Positions 42,692 to 52,027 of a stretch of 64,000 nucleotides of DNA are shown one piece after another (position 1 is the first letter of the stretch; each line of letters begins with the position of its first letter). Source of the stretch: Candidatus Marinacidobacterales bacterium (GTDB lineage: Bacteria; Acidobacteriota; Vicinamibacteria; Marinacidobacterales; DATDRI01); assembly GCA_965219415.1 (NCBI GenBank), contig OZ244742.1:1184001-1248000 (forward strand), written 5' to 3'. A program made the position numbers and the translations under genes. Below the pieces are notes generated by a model, which saw nothing but the letters and a program-made list of their open reading frames with translations, did no database searches and was not told the origin of the DNA.

Positions 42692-43801
42692 ATGACAAAT
42701 CGAGCCGTGCGAAGACTCCAACGATCGGAAGACCCCTATCCGGTTCTCCTGGGCGACGGGCTACTAAACCAAGTGGGACCGAGGCTCCGGGCACTGTGGG
42801 GTCGGAGGCGGATCGTCGTGATCACCCATCGTAAGATCGATCGGCTCTATGGCGGTCGCCTCCGCTCGACGATGGCGAAGTCCGGGCTAGATAGCCACTT
42901 TCTGTTCATTCCCGAAGGGGAACGCTTCAAGAATCTCGACACCGTGCAGAGGCTCTACGACGGGCTCATCCACCATGGCATCGGGCGCGAAGACGGCCTG
43001 GTGGCGCTGGGCGGCGGAGTCGTCGGGGACACCGCCGGTTTCGTGGCGTCCACGTTTCTTCGCGGCGTTGCGTATGCGCAAGTGCCGACGACGTTGCTCG
43101 CCCAGATCGATAGCGCATTGGGCGCGAAGGTCGGAGTCAATCTTCCGCGGGGCAAAAACTTGGTGGGAGCGTTCTATCGACCAGCCGCGGTCTGGATCGA
43201 CCCGTCGGTCTTGGTCACGCTTCCCCGGCGCGAGTTTCGCTCGGGGTTATTCGAAATGCTCAAGTACGGCTTCATTGGTTCGGCCTCGCTCTTTCGCGAC
43301 ATGGAGAGCTCTCCCTCTACTTTCAAATCCCGAAGTCCAGCACTCGCGCGAGGCATCGCGACATCGGCTCGCATGAAGCTTCGCGTGGTCGGTCAGGACG
43401 AACGGGAGTCGGGCCTGCGGCGAATTCTGAATTTCGGACACACCGTTGGCCATGGACTCGAGGCGGCCGGAGAGTACCGCCGGTTGAGTCACGGCGAAGC
43501 GGTCGGCTGGGGCATGATCGCGGCCTGCCGATTGTCGCGCCGACGCGAGCTGATCGGGCTTTCACTCTGCGAGAGAATGGAAGCGGCGGTACGTGGGCTG
43601 GCTCCGCTCCCGAACGTGGGCACACTCCGGTTGGACCGAGCGCTTCGCGCCATCGATCATGACAAGAAGATCGGTCCCCGGGGAATCCGATTCGTTCTTC
43701 CCACCGCGCTCGGCAAAGTCACGGTCGTCGAGAGTGTTCCGCGAGACGATATCCGCTGGGCCCTTGAAGGCCTGGGAGTGGGCCGCCGAAACCATGCCTG
43801 A
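42692..43801 (+). CDS. aroB: 3-dehydroquinate synthase
   Basis: GGGVVGD, PTTLLAQID, KNLVGAF, LNFGHTVGH, HGEAV. Confidence 0.95.
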   Translation: MTNRAVRRLQRSEDPYPVLLGDGLLNQVGPRLRALWGRRRIVVITHRKIDRLYGGRLRSTMAKSGLDSHFLFIPEGERFKNLDTVQRLYDGLIHHGIGREDGLVALGGGVVGDTAGFVASTFLRGVAYAQVPTTLLAQIDSALGAKVGVNLPRGKNLVGAFYRPAAVWIDPSVLVTLPRREFRSGLFEMLKYGFIGSASLFRDMESSPSTFKSRSPALARGIATSARMKLRVVGQDERESGLRRILNFGHTVGHGLEAAGEYRRLSHGEAVGWGMIAACRLSRRRELIGLSLCERMEAAVRGLAPLPNVGTLRLDRALRAIDHDKKIGPRGIRFVLPTALGKVTVVESVPRDDIRWALEGLGVGRRNHA

Positions 43802-44483
43802 AGCCTCCGCCGTTCGCCGCATGTTCGCGGGGGTCGCGCCGCGCTACGATCTGCTGAATCACGTACTCAGCCTCGGCATCGACCGGCGGTGGCGACGAGA
43901 CGTCGTCGCCGGCCTCAACCTGAAACCATCCGATCGTGTGCTCGACCTATGTTGTGGGACCGGAGACCTTGCGCTAGAACTAGCTCCGCGCGCGCGATGC
44001 TTGGCCTGCGACTTCACCTGGGAGATGTTGACCCGAGCCAAGGCGAAGTCCGCTCGGGCCGGTAACGCCGGACAGGCACTCCGGCTCGCGGCGGCGGACG
44101 CCCTCAGCCTGCCCTTTCCCGCCGATCAGTTTGACGCGGCGACCATCGGTTTCGGCGTAAGGAACCTGGAGGATTTGGCAGCCGGTTTGCGTGAATTCCG
44201 GCGCGTGCTTCGCCCGAATGGCTCGCTCGCTATCCTGGAGTTCTCACAACCGACTCATCCCCTCCTTCGCTTCCCGTACCAGGCCTACCTTCACGGATTG
44301 CTGCCCCTCATCGGTCGGGCGGTGAGCACACGGAAAGAGGCGTATCGTTACCTGGCGGAATCCATCGCCGGTTTTCCGAATCCGGAAACCTTGAGCGATA
44401 TCCTGGCTGCGGAAGGTTTTCGAAGCGTCAAATACCGACGGCTTACGGGAGGCATCGTCGCAGTACACACCGCGACGGCCTGA
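43794..44483 (+). CDS. ubiE: Ubiquinone/menaquinone C-methyltransferase UbiE/MenG
   Basis: YDLLNHVLSLG, LDLCCGTGD, FGVRN, AYRYLAESI. Confidence 0.9.
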   Translation: MPEASAVRRMFAGVAPRYDLLNHVLSLGIDRRWRRDVVAGLNLKPSDRVLDLCCGTGDLALELAPRARCLACDFTWEMLTRAKAKSARAGNAGQALRLAAADALSLPFPADQFDAATIGFGVRNLEDLAAGLREFRRVLRPNGSLAILEFSQPTHPLLRFPYQAYLHGLLPLIGRAVSTRKEAYRYLAESIAGFPNPETLSDILAAEGFRSVKYRRLTGGIVAVHTATA

Positions 44484-44486
44484 GGG

Positions 44487-45407
44487 TTAGCGCTTCATCA
44501 AAAGGTGAAGGATTGCCTTTTGAATGTGAAGGCGGTTCTCGGCCTGATCGAACACGATGCTCTGCGGCCCGTCCAGAACCTCCGCGGAGACCTCTTCCTC
44601 ACGATGGGCGGGCAAACAGTGCATGAACACGGCGTCTGGCTTGGCCCTCGCCATGAGTGAGGCATTTACTTGATAGGGCTGGAAGATGCCCTTTCTTTGC
44701 TCTGCCTCCGCTTCTTGTCCCATCGACGCCCAGACGTCCGTATAGACGACGTCGGCTCCCTCTGCCGCGATCCCCGGATCCTCGGTGAGCGTTACTTGCG
44801 CTCCCACTTTCTGGGCTTCTCGCTGCACGCTCTTCATGATGATCGACTTCGGCTCGTAAGCCTTGGGCGTAGCTACCGCCATGTGCATTCCAACCTTGGT
44901 GGCGCCGCAGAGTAGCGAATGACACATATTGTTTCCATCCCCGACATAGGCGATCTTGCGCCCCTTGAGCGTTTGTTTCTGTTCCAACAACGTGAAGTAG
45001 TCGGCCAACGCCTGGCACGGGTGCAAGAGATCGGAGAGCCCGTTGATCACCGGGACCGTCGCGTCACGGGCTAGCTCGACGATATCCTGATGGGCGTGAG
45101 TACGAGCCATGATGCCGTTCACGTAGCGAGAAAGAACACGTGCCGTGTCACCGACCGTCTCTCCACGTCCAAGCTGCAAATCGCCGCCGCTCAAGGGAAG
45201 GCCGATGCCCCCGAGTTGGTACATCCCCACTTCAAAGGAGACTCGAGTGCGGGTCGAGGGCTTTTGGAAGATCATGGCCAGTGTCTTACCCGCCAGCGCA
45301 TCACGGTACCCATCCGGCGACCGCTTCATGTCCGCCGCCAGTTTGAACAGCCCCGCGATATCCGGGGCGGTCAGGTCTCGAATCGAGGTGAGGTGGCGTA
45401 GACTCAT
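44487..45407 (-). CDS. argF: Ornithine carbamoyltransferase
   Basis: STRTR, HPCQ, DVWASMG, HCLP, QAENR. Confidence 0.95.
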   Translation of the reverse strand: MSLRHLTSIRDLTAPDIAGLFKLAADMKRSPDGYRDALAGKTLAMIFQKPSTRTRVSFEVGMYQLGGIGLPLSGGDLQLGRGETVGDTARVLSRYVNGIMARTHAHQDIVELARDATVPVINGLSDLLHPCQALADYFTLLEQKQTLKGRKIAYVGDGNNMCHSLLCGATKVGMHMAVATPKAYEPKSIIMKSVQREAQKVGAQVTLTEDPGIAAEGADVVYTDVWASMGQEAEAEQRKGIFQPYQVNASLMARAKPDAVFMHCLPAHREEEVSAEVLDGPQSIVFDQAENRLHIQKAILHLLMKR

Positions 45408-45409
45408 CG

Positions 45410-46732
45410 TTAGAGTGAAGATAGCGCGTCTTCGAGGTTGGGCTCGCCGATCTCTCGAAGCTCGTAGCGAACCCTGAGAGCAGGTTTATCCAGCTTCACC
45501 AAGTGCCGCAGATCCACCGGAGTCGCGAAGAGGACAATCTCGGCCTCCGAGGCGTCGATGGTCGCCTCCAGATCCTGGATCTGCTTCGCTCCATAGCCCA
45601 TCGCCGGCAGGGCCTCGCCCAGATGGGGGTATTTCTCGAAGGTATCGCGGAGTGTGCCGACGGCGTGCGGCCGTGGATCCACCAGCTCCGAAGCGCCCAA
45701 GCGACGGGCGGCTAGCGCAGCGGCCCCGAACGCCATCCCGCCATGCGTGATGGTGGGTCCATCTTCAATCGCCAACACTTTCTTTCCTCGAATCGTCTCT
45801 TCCTCGTCGACGGAGAGCGGCGACGACGCCTCGACCACCATCGCCTTCGGGTTGCTTGCGGCGATGTTTTGTCGCAGCGTTCGAATCCCCTCTTGGCTGG
45901 CGGAGTCCATCTTGTTGATAACTATAACCTGAGCTCTCAGTAAATTGGCCTCTCCGGGATGATACCTCAGCTCGTGCCCGGCACGATGTGGGTCGGCCAC
46001 GACGATCTCGACCGTGGGCCGGTAGAAGGGCAGGTCGTTGTTTCCCCCATCCCAGAGTAAGACGTCACACTCGGCCTCGGCTCGCCTCAAGATATCTTCG
46101 TAGTCGACCCCCGCGTATACGACAGCGCCTTCGGCCAAATGAGGCTCGTACTCCTCCCGTTCCTCGATCGTGCAATCGTGGTGGTCCAGATCTTCGAACG
46201 AAGCAAATCTCTGCAAGCGTTGTTTGACCAGGTCGCCGTACGGCATAGGGTGACGCACCACCACCACCCGCCGACCCTTCTCCACGAGAATACGGCGCAC
46301 TCTTCTAGTGGTTTGACTCTTGCCCGCGCCGGTGCGAACCGCGCAGATCGAGACCACCGGCACCTTCGCGTCGAGCATCGTGCTCCGGGCTCCTAAGAGC
46401 TTGAAGTCCGCATCCGCCGCGATGGTCGTTGAGGCTCGGTGCATGACGTGCTCGTGACTCACATCGCTGTAGGAAAATACCACCTGGTCGACGCTCAACT
46501 TGGGAATGAGTTGGGCAAGGTCGTCTTCGGAGTGAATCGAAATTCCTTGCGGGTACAGAGATCCGGCTAGCTCGGGAGGATAGCGACGGCCTTCGATGTT
46601 CGGAATCTGAGTGGCGGTAAATGCGACGACCTCATATCGGGGGTCGCTCCGATAACGAACGTTGAAATTATGGAAATCGCGTCCGGCGGCCCCCATAATG
46701 AGCACCCGGGTCTTTTTCGTTCCGCTCCCCAT
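45410..46732 (-). CDS. COG2403 P-loop protein (cyclic 2,3-diphosphoglycerate synthase-like / arginine synthetase ArcE-like)
   Basis: IMGAAGRDFHNFN, AVRTGAGKSQT, RHPMPYG, EEREEYEPH, WDGGNND; 2 nt upstream of argF. Confidence 0.85.
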   Translation of the reverse strand: MGSGTKKTRVLIMGAAGRDFHNFNVRYRSDPRYEVVAFTATQIPNIEGRRYPPELAGSLYPQGISIHSEDDLAQLIPKLSVDQVVFSYSDVSHEHVMHRASTTIAADADFKLLGARSTMLDAKVPVVSICAVRTGAGKSQTTRRVRRILVEKGRRVVVVRHPMPYGDLVKQRLQRFASFEDLDHHDCTIEEREEYEPHLAEGAVVYAGVDYEDILRRAEAECDVLLWDGGNNDLPFYRPTVEIVVADPHRAGHELRYHPGEANLLRAQVIVINKMDSASQEGIRTLRQNIAASNPKAMVVEASSPLSVDEEETIRGKKVLAIEDGPTITHGGMAFGAAALAARRLGASELVDPRPHAVGTLRDTFEKYPHLGEALPAMGYGAKQIQDLEATIDASEAEIVLFATPVDLRHLVKLDKPALRVRYELREIGEPNLEDALSSL

Positions 46733-46800
46733 CCGCTCACTTCTTCCTTCCCGTCGGCTATGGCGAGTTTCCAAACAGCGATCGCGACCAAGCGATAGCT

Positions 46801-47849
46801 CTAAGCTTTTGATCGATCGTCCCGGCGAGATATAAGACAGCCGCTTCTGCTTGTCAAGGCCAGGGCGGTGGTCAGCGTTCTTCGGTTCCGCGGCGGAGGC
46901 CACCGTCGAAGAAAAGCGCGACGGTCAGATGTCAGGCGGCCCGAGAGAGAATTGGAATCAGCCCATCCGCCAGCGAGAAACTCGAGCTCGCGGAGCGGAA
47001 CCAACGAAGCTAGATGGTGCAGGACCTCCAGCACCTCTTGTGTTTCCTTGGCGAGATAGTAAGGGACGATCGCCCTCGAAAGAAGCTCCGCCGCCAAGAG
47101 CGACGGGCGGCCTTCATGAACACGGTGACGGTCCCCCTTCTTAAGGAGGAATACCCCCGCTAAAGGATAGGAAGAGGACGACACCACGTCACCCCTCCCC
47201 CGGCCAGGGTGTGCCGTAGGCCCGAAAAGACTCACCCTCACGGCGCAGCGCGATACGCTCATCGCTCAGTAGCTCCAATCCCTCGGCCGCCAACAATCGA
47301 GAGAGGGTAGTCTTGCCATCTCCGGAGTGCCCGGCGAATACGAACGCTTTGCCATCGATGACCGCGCCGCTGGCGTGTAGAAGCAGGCCGTTGGTGTGCG
47401 CCAGGGGGGCCAAGAACAGGAGCTGATCCAACGGGATGAGGCAGCTGAAAACCAGAACGCCCGGCCGGCTCGCTGCTCCACAGTTGACCCCAGTGCGTTT
47501 CATCGAAGACGAGCTGGTAATGCTGAAAACCTGGGTCCGCGGTCGCGTGGACCAACTGGCCACGGTAAGGATGGTAGCACTCGTAGATGGTCCGGCCTTC
47601 TTCTTTCCGTACAAGCCAGTTGAGTCCTGACTCGTAAGCCAGGGCAGCGCTGGTCCGGGGAATCGAGGCCTGCGAATCGGCGGCGATCGTGATCACCGGG
47701 GAGTCGGCGCTGGCGAAGGATCCAAACGGGCCGGGAAGCTCGAGCGGGGCCTTCATGCCCGCCCCCACCGTGATCTCGGCCGCGATCCCGGCAATCGAGA
47801 AACGGCGGTGACCGCCGGGTGGAATCGATAGGTTAGACAGCTTGGGCAA
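46801..47849 (-). pseudogene. HprK-like P-loop kinase (ScmC-like), two single-base frameshifts; true 3' end uncertain
   Basis: LLLHASGAV, GHSGDGKTT, LLSDER, YGTPW; extra bases near 47434 and 47192. Confidence 0.8.
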
Positions 47850-47919
47850 TATATTGAGGGTTCTCAGCGTGATACCGTGACGCCGTTACAGCACGACTTC
47901 CGTCGCCCTTTGGAACGGA

Positions 47920-48099
47920 CTAGCTACCAATATCGAAGCAGGAATTGATGTTGCACGCCCTCGGCACCGATGCTCCGACCTTCATGTCACTCATCGTCTT
48001 GCATCCAGCGGCTAGACTCTCCTCGGGCTTGAGTTCGACGCGTCGGAGCTCCGGCTTGGAATAGGCTTTTCTCTGGTTGCCGTCCTGGTTCTGGTTCAT
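47920..48099 (-). CDS. Putative RiPP precursor peptide, 59 aa
   Basis: MNQNQDGNQRKAYSKPELRRVELKPEESLAAGCKTMSDMKVGASVPRACNINSCFDIGS*; TAATG overlap with the radical SAM stop, GGAGG RBS. Confidence 0.85.
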   Translation of the reverse strand: MNQNQDGNQRKAYSKPELRRVELKPEESLAAGCKTMSDMKVGASVPRACNINSCFDIGS

Positions 48100-49259
48100 T
48101 ACCTACACCCTCCAGTCGACTGAAGCACGGGAAGCAAGACCTCACTCCCCGCTGGTTTCAAACTTCGCGTGTACTGATCGACCGGCCCATCCCAGTAGCC
48201 AAGTTTTTCGGCGCGCCGGTGGCCGACCCCGCAGCTATACTCCACGCGGGCTTCCGTATTTCCCTTTTCCATCTCCGACCAGGCAGGGCACTTGCCGCAG
48301 AGCGAGATCAGATTGCACGAATTACATTGATGATCGGCGCCCCGTATCTGCCGGTAGATGGGTGGAAACATCTCGTCCCAGATCTACCGGAAAGACCTCT
48401 CCTTCAAACTGAACTCTTTGTCGTTTCCGCGAAGCAAAATGCACATGGACATCTTCCCGTATGGGTCGATGTGAAACGTCTGACTGCCGGCACCGCAGGA
48501 GAACAAGCGACTGGAACGGAACTCCCTACGCCCCTCGTTGTAATACTGCTGGTACTCTTCCGCTCGCGACGGAATGGAAAACTCGAGGTCCACCGCTTCC
48601 TGCGGGCTGAGGCGAACGTTGCACGGTGTGAGGGAGCTGTCGAGGTTCGGATTGATCTGAGTGTCCCACTTGAAGAAAACGCCCCGACTCTCGGCGAACT
48701 GAAACATGTCCATGAACTCGTGCTGGTTGGTCTTCAACACGATGGTCTTGAGCTGCAACGGCAGGTCGCGTTCGAGGAGTAGATCCACACCGCGATAGCA
48801 TTTCTCTCTGGCACCCGGAATGCCCGTCACTTTGTCGTAGGTTTCCTCGCTGTAACCGTAGAGAGTTATCTCGATGTTGCTGGGAGGCATGTCGGCGAGT
48901 CGGTCGACGATCTTCTCGGTGAGCATGGTTCCGTTGGTGAAGAGAGTCAGCAAGAAACCCTTCCGAATCGCGTGCTCGTAGATTTCGAAGAAATCGGGAC
49001 GCATGAAGATCTCTCCCCCGGTCAGCAGAAGCCAGAGGGTTCCCGCATCGGCAATCTGATCGAGAACGTCTTTCATCTCCTCGGTGTTGAGGATCTCGGA
49101 CGGCCAGTCCCCGTCTCGGTAGCAGTGGAGGCACCTGAGGTTGCAACGTAGATCCAGTTCCAGCGACCCGGTGATGGGGACGCGATTCTGAAGCCACTTG
49201 CCGACAACATCTTTTCCGAACTGCTCCACGGGGAGGTCCGGAATCTGCGTGCATGCCAT
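48099..49259 (-). pseudogene. Radical SAM/SPASM enzyme with an in-frame TAG at 48384-48386
   Basis: CNLRCLHC, TGGE, TNG; SPASM CGAG...PYGKMSMC then, after TAG in the same frame, CNSC...CGKCPA...SC. Confidence 0.88.
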
Positions 49260-49308
49260 GTGACGGTCTCCTTATTGTGTGGGACAGAATTCAGCCCACG
49301 GCCAAAGG

Positions 49309-49324
49309 AGCAATCTCCGTGCCA
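49309..49324 (-). promoter_or_regulatory. sigma54 (-24/-12) promoter
   Basis: TGGCACGGAGATTGCT, a full match to TGGCACG-N4-TTGCW, 50 nt upstream of the radical SAM ATG. Confidence 0.85.
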
Positions 49325-49459
49325 CGGACCTTCCATGACGCGTGTCCCTAACAGACTTTAAATCATCCAATTAGAGCCGCTTGCTTGGGTATGCCGTTCT
49401 CCAGTGTAGAGAAATCCCCCCATGCCGAGGGCACAGAGCTCCAATTTTTGGGCGAGGGG

Positions 49460-50599
49460 TCAGTTGGCCTGTCGTTCGGCAAGTGCTGCCCTGGCGCGCT
49501 CCACCAGCTCGGCGACGCGGGCCGCTGATGGGTCATTCGGAGCGAGCTTCACGAATGCATCGTACTCTCGAAGGGAATCCTCGATGCGATCCAGGTTCTC
49601 GTACGCTATCGCGAGATTGAGCCTGACGTTGGGTTGCTTGGGCTCCAGAGCCGACGACGCCTCGAGTGGAGACACCGCGTCGGCGAAACGCTGCTCGTGC
49701 ACGAATGCGGCGCCGAGCCCCGCGTGCCCGCGTGGGTCGCTCGGGTTGTCCGTCGCGATGCGCTCAAACACTTCCACCGCTTCGTCCGATCGGCTGGCGT
49801 CAATCAGAGCGGTACCCAATTCCAAGTTGGGTTCCTGGCTGGTTGGAGCCAGTTCGGCCGCGCGTTCGAGCTCGACGATCGCCAAGTCCACCTCACCATT
49901 TCGTCGGTGGATGCGGGCCAAGTCTACTCGCGCCTGCGCGTCGAAGGGTTTGTTCTCAACGAACCAATTCTGGAGCTCACCCGCTTCGGTGAGCTCATCG
50001 GTGTCCACCAGGAGACTTATCAAAGCCTTACGCGTTAGCTCGTCATTGGGCTTGACGCCGATGGCATCGCGAAGACTCGCCTTGGCTCCGCCGATGTCGC
50101 CTAACTTTTGCTTGCACAGCCCAACGAAAAGGTGACCGGTGTGATGGGAAGGCGAAGTGTGGAGCAAGTCCTCGAAGTAACCCAGCGCTTCTTCGTAGTT
50201 GCCGGCACGAAACGCTCCCTTGCCCTTGCGGGTCGCTTCCGCTGCCTCGCCAAACGCTTCCGGCTCGGCTCCCGATTCGGCGGACGCGACCAACGCGTTG
50301 TCTACCAAAGCGTCGTCTGCCAAAGCGTCGTCTACCAGAGCGTCATCCACGGAAAGCGCGTCGCTGGTGTTCGGGTCGGCGGAGGTCCCGCTGGCGAGCC
50401 ATCGGAAGCTCACTACGAGGACACCGAGGACCGCTACCATGACGATGGCTAACTTGACGGCGGCGGGGAGCCCCGCAACACCGCTTCCCCCACCGGCCTT
50501 CCTTTTAGCGCCGGTGACCCGGGGTAGTGGTTCACCACAGCGAACGCAGTCTTCGTACTTGGGTCGATTCCTGACTCCGCAGACCCGACAGATTTTCAT
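49460..50599 (-). CDS. Zinc-ribbon, TM, TPR protein
   Basis: CRVC...CVRC N-terminus, TM helix, DALxD repeats, TPRs. Confidence 0.82.
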   Translation of the reverse strand: MKICRVCGVRNRPKYEDCVRCGEPLPRVTGAKRKAGGGSGVAGLPAAVKLAIVMVAVLGVLVVSFRWLASGTSADPNTSDALSVDDALVDDALADDALVDNALVASAESGAEPEAFGEAAEATRKGKGAFRAGNYEEALGYFEDLLHTSPSHHTGHLFVGLCKQKLGDIGGAKASLRDAIGVKPNDELTRKALISLLVDTDELTEAGELQNWFVENKPFDAQARVDLARIHRRNGEVDLAIVELERAAELAPTSQEPNLELGTALIDASRSDEAVEVFERIATDNPSDPRGHAGLGAAFVHEQRFADAVSPLEASSALEPKQPNVRLNLAIAYENLDRIEDSLREYDAFVKLAPNDPSAARVAELVERARAALAERQAN

Positions 50600-51699
50600 T
50601 AATTGTACACAGGTCCGGTTACCGAACCAGCGGTTCGAAAGGCAAGCCCGGATGCGATATTCCGCGGGTTGACGTTCGAGGAGAACGTCTTGCGGATGAA
50701 GTTCCCATCCGCGGCGGTCGCGCCTTCTGTGGACCCTTGGAGGTTCTGAGACAACGAGCGAGCCGAAACGGTGACGCGAACGCCGTTGACCATCTCGGCG
50801 GCGGTGATGTCCACGGTGACGGTAGGTTGTGGGTCGGGAGGATCATCCTGCTCGTTCGCCACGTCCGTCCCGCCGACCAGGTAGACCACCTGAAAGTCCT
50901 CGAGGTACGCCACCGGACTCCCCTGGGCGGCGAAATTCACCTCCCGCATCAAGCGGTTGGGAGGGGGACCGGATTCCACCATGCTGGGATCAGGTTCAGC
51001 GTAGTATCGGACAACCGAAATCGCAGTTACCATCGTAGGCTGGAACCCCACGGGCACCGCCACCACGTCTCGGGACTGGTACTCGGCAAGGACCGGCCCT
51101 CCTTCGTTACCGGCTGGGGGATCGGGCTCTACCGTGATATCCATCTGGCCAAGTCCGTCCGGTTGCGCGTCCCGCACGTAGCCCATGATCCAGTAACCGC
51201 TAAGAGGTAAATTGTCGTAGAGCACAACCAGATCGCCTATCTCGAGGTCGGACCAGTCGCCCGCCGTCTTGAAGGCGCAACTGGTCAAGTCTCCACCGAA
51301 AGAGGTCGGATCTACTTCGGTAGGCTCCTCCGTTTGGAACGATCCGCCGAGTGAGCCCATGATCACGATCTCATCTGGATCCGCGCCACCGTCTCCTACG
51401 TTCACATCCATAGCCGTCGTGCTAAAAGCGGGAAACTCGGGGGGAAGGCCTGCGCCGGCTTGAATTGCGTCCTTCGTCACGATATCCAGGGCGGCCCGTG
51501 CGCTCTGCTGCATATCCGCTATCTCGGGCTCCCTTTGGAAGGTAGATTGGCCACGACTCAATAGGCCGAAGACCGCGCTCATGACGATCAGCGTGATCAT
51601 CATCGAGACCATCACTTCGATGAGCGTGAATCCCGACGCCGGAGATGCGTTCCCGATCGCCCGGGCCAAAATCTTTTTTTGATGTAGCTTGCTAAACAT
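50599..51699 (-). CDS. Type IV minor pilin, PilW-like
   Basis: SG|FTLIEVMV prepilin motif; MQQSARAALD. Confidence 0.85.
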   Translation of the reverse strand: MFSKLHQKKILARAIGNASPASGFTLIEVMVSMMITLIVMSAVFGLLSRGQSTFQREPEIADMQQSARAALDIVTKDAIQAGAGLPPEFPAFSTTAMDVNVGDGGADPDEIVIMGSLGGSFQTEEPTEVDPTSFGGDLTSCAFKTAGDWSDLEIGDLVVLYDNLPLSGYWIMGYVRDAQPDGLGQMDITVEPDPPAGNEGGPVLAEYQSRDVVAVPVGFQPTMVTAISVVRYYAEPDPSMVESGPPPNRLMREVNFAAQGSPVAYLEDFQVVYLVGGTDVANEQDDPPDPQPTVTVDITAAEMVNGVRVTVSARSLSQNLQGSTEGATAADGNFIRKTFSSNVNPRNIASGLAFRTAGSVTGPVYN

Positions 51700-51826
51700 G
51701 ACCATCACCCCTTCAGCAAATCCCGGCGTCCCCCGGAATGACGTCCGATCGCCATTTTGGGAAGGTACACCAAGGCGGCGAGATTCACGAAGACCGTATG
51801 GGGCTCCGGTCTCCCTCGCCAATGAA

Positions 51827-51843
51827 TGCAATTGCAAAGCCAA
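51827..51843 (-). promoter_or_regulatory. sigma54 promoter candidate
   Basis: TTGGCTTTGCAATTGCA (GG-N10-GC) upstream of the PilW-like gene. Confidence 0.6.
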
Positions 51844-52027
51844 CGTTTCCTTCATCCTTCGAGTCGGCGCCCTCTCGGTTCGCCTCTTTGGAGTCAACAA
51901 TTTGTCCCTATTCTGGGCTATTTCACCCGCAGATTTCCGTGAGAAGACCTGTAGCCACGATCCCCTCCGGACGGGGGGATTTCCCCCTCCCCGAACATAA
52001 AAGTCGACATTTTTCGCGGCGGGCCCA

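Noticed and set aside
46801-49460. Lasso peptide cluster
   Set aside because: Leader motif is lasso-like, but no lasso cyclase, B2 protease or RRE is present
50290-50365. 15-bp repeats encoding DALxD
   Set aside because: In-frame low-complexity linker in a TPR protein
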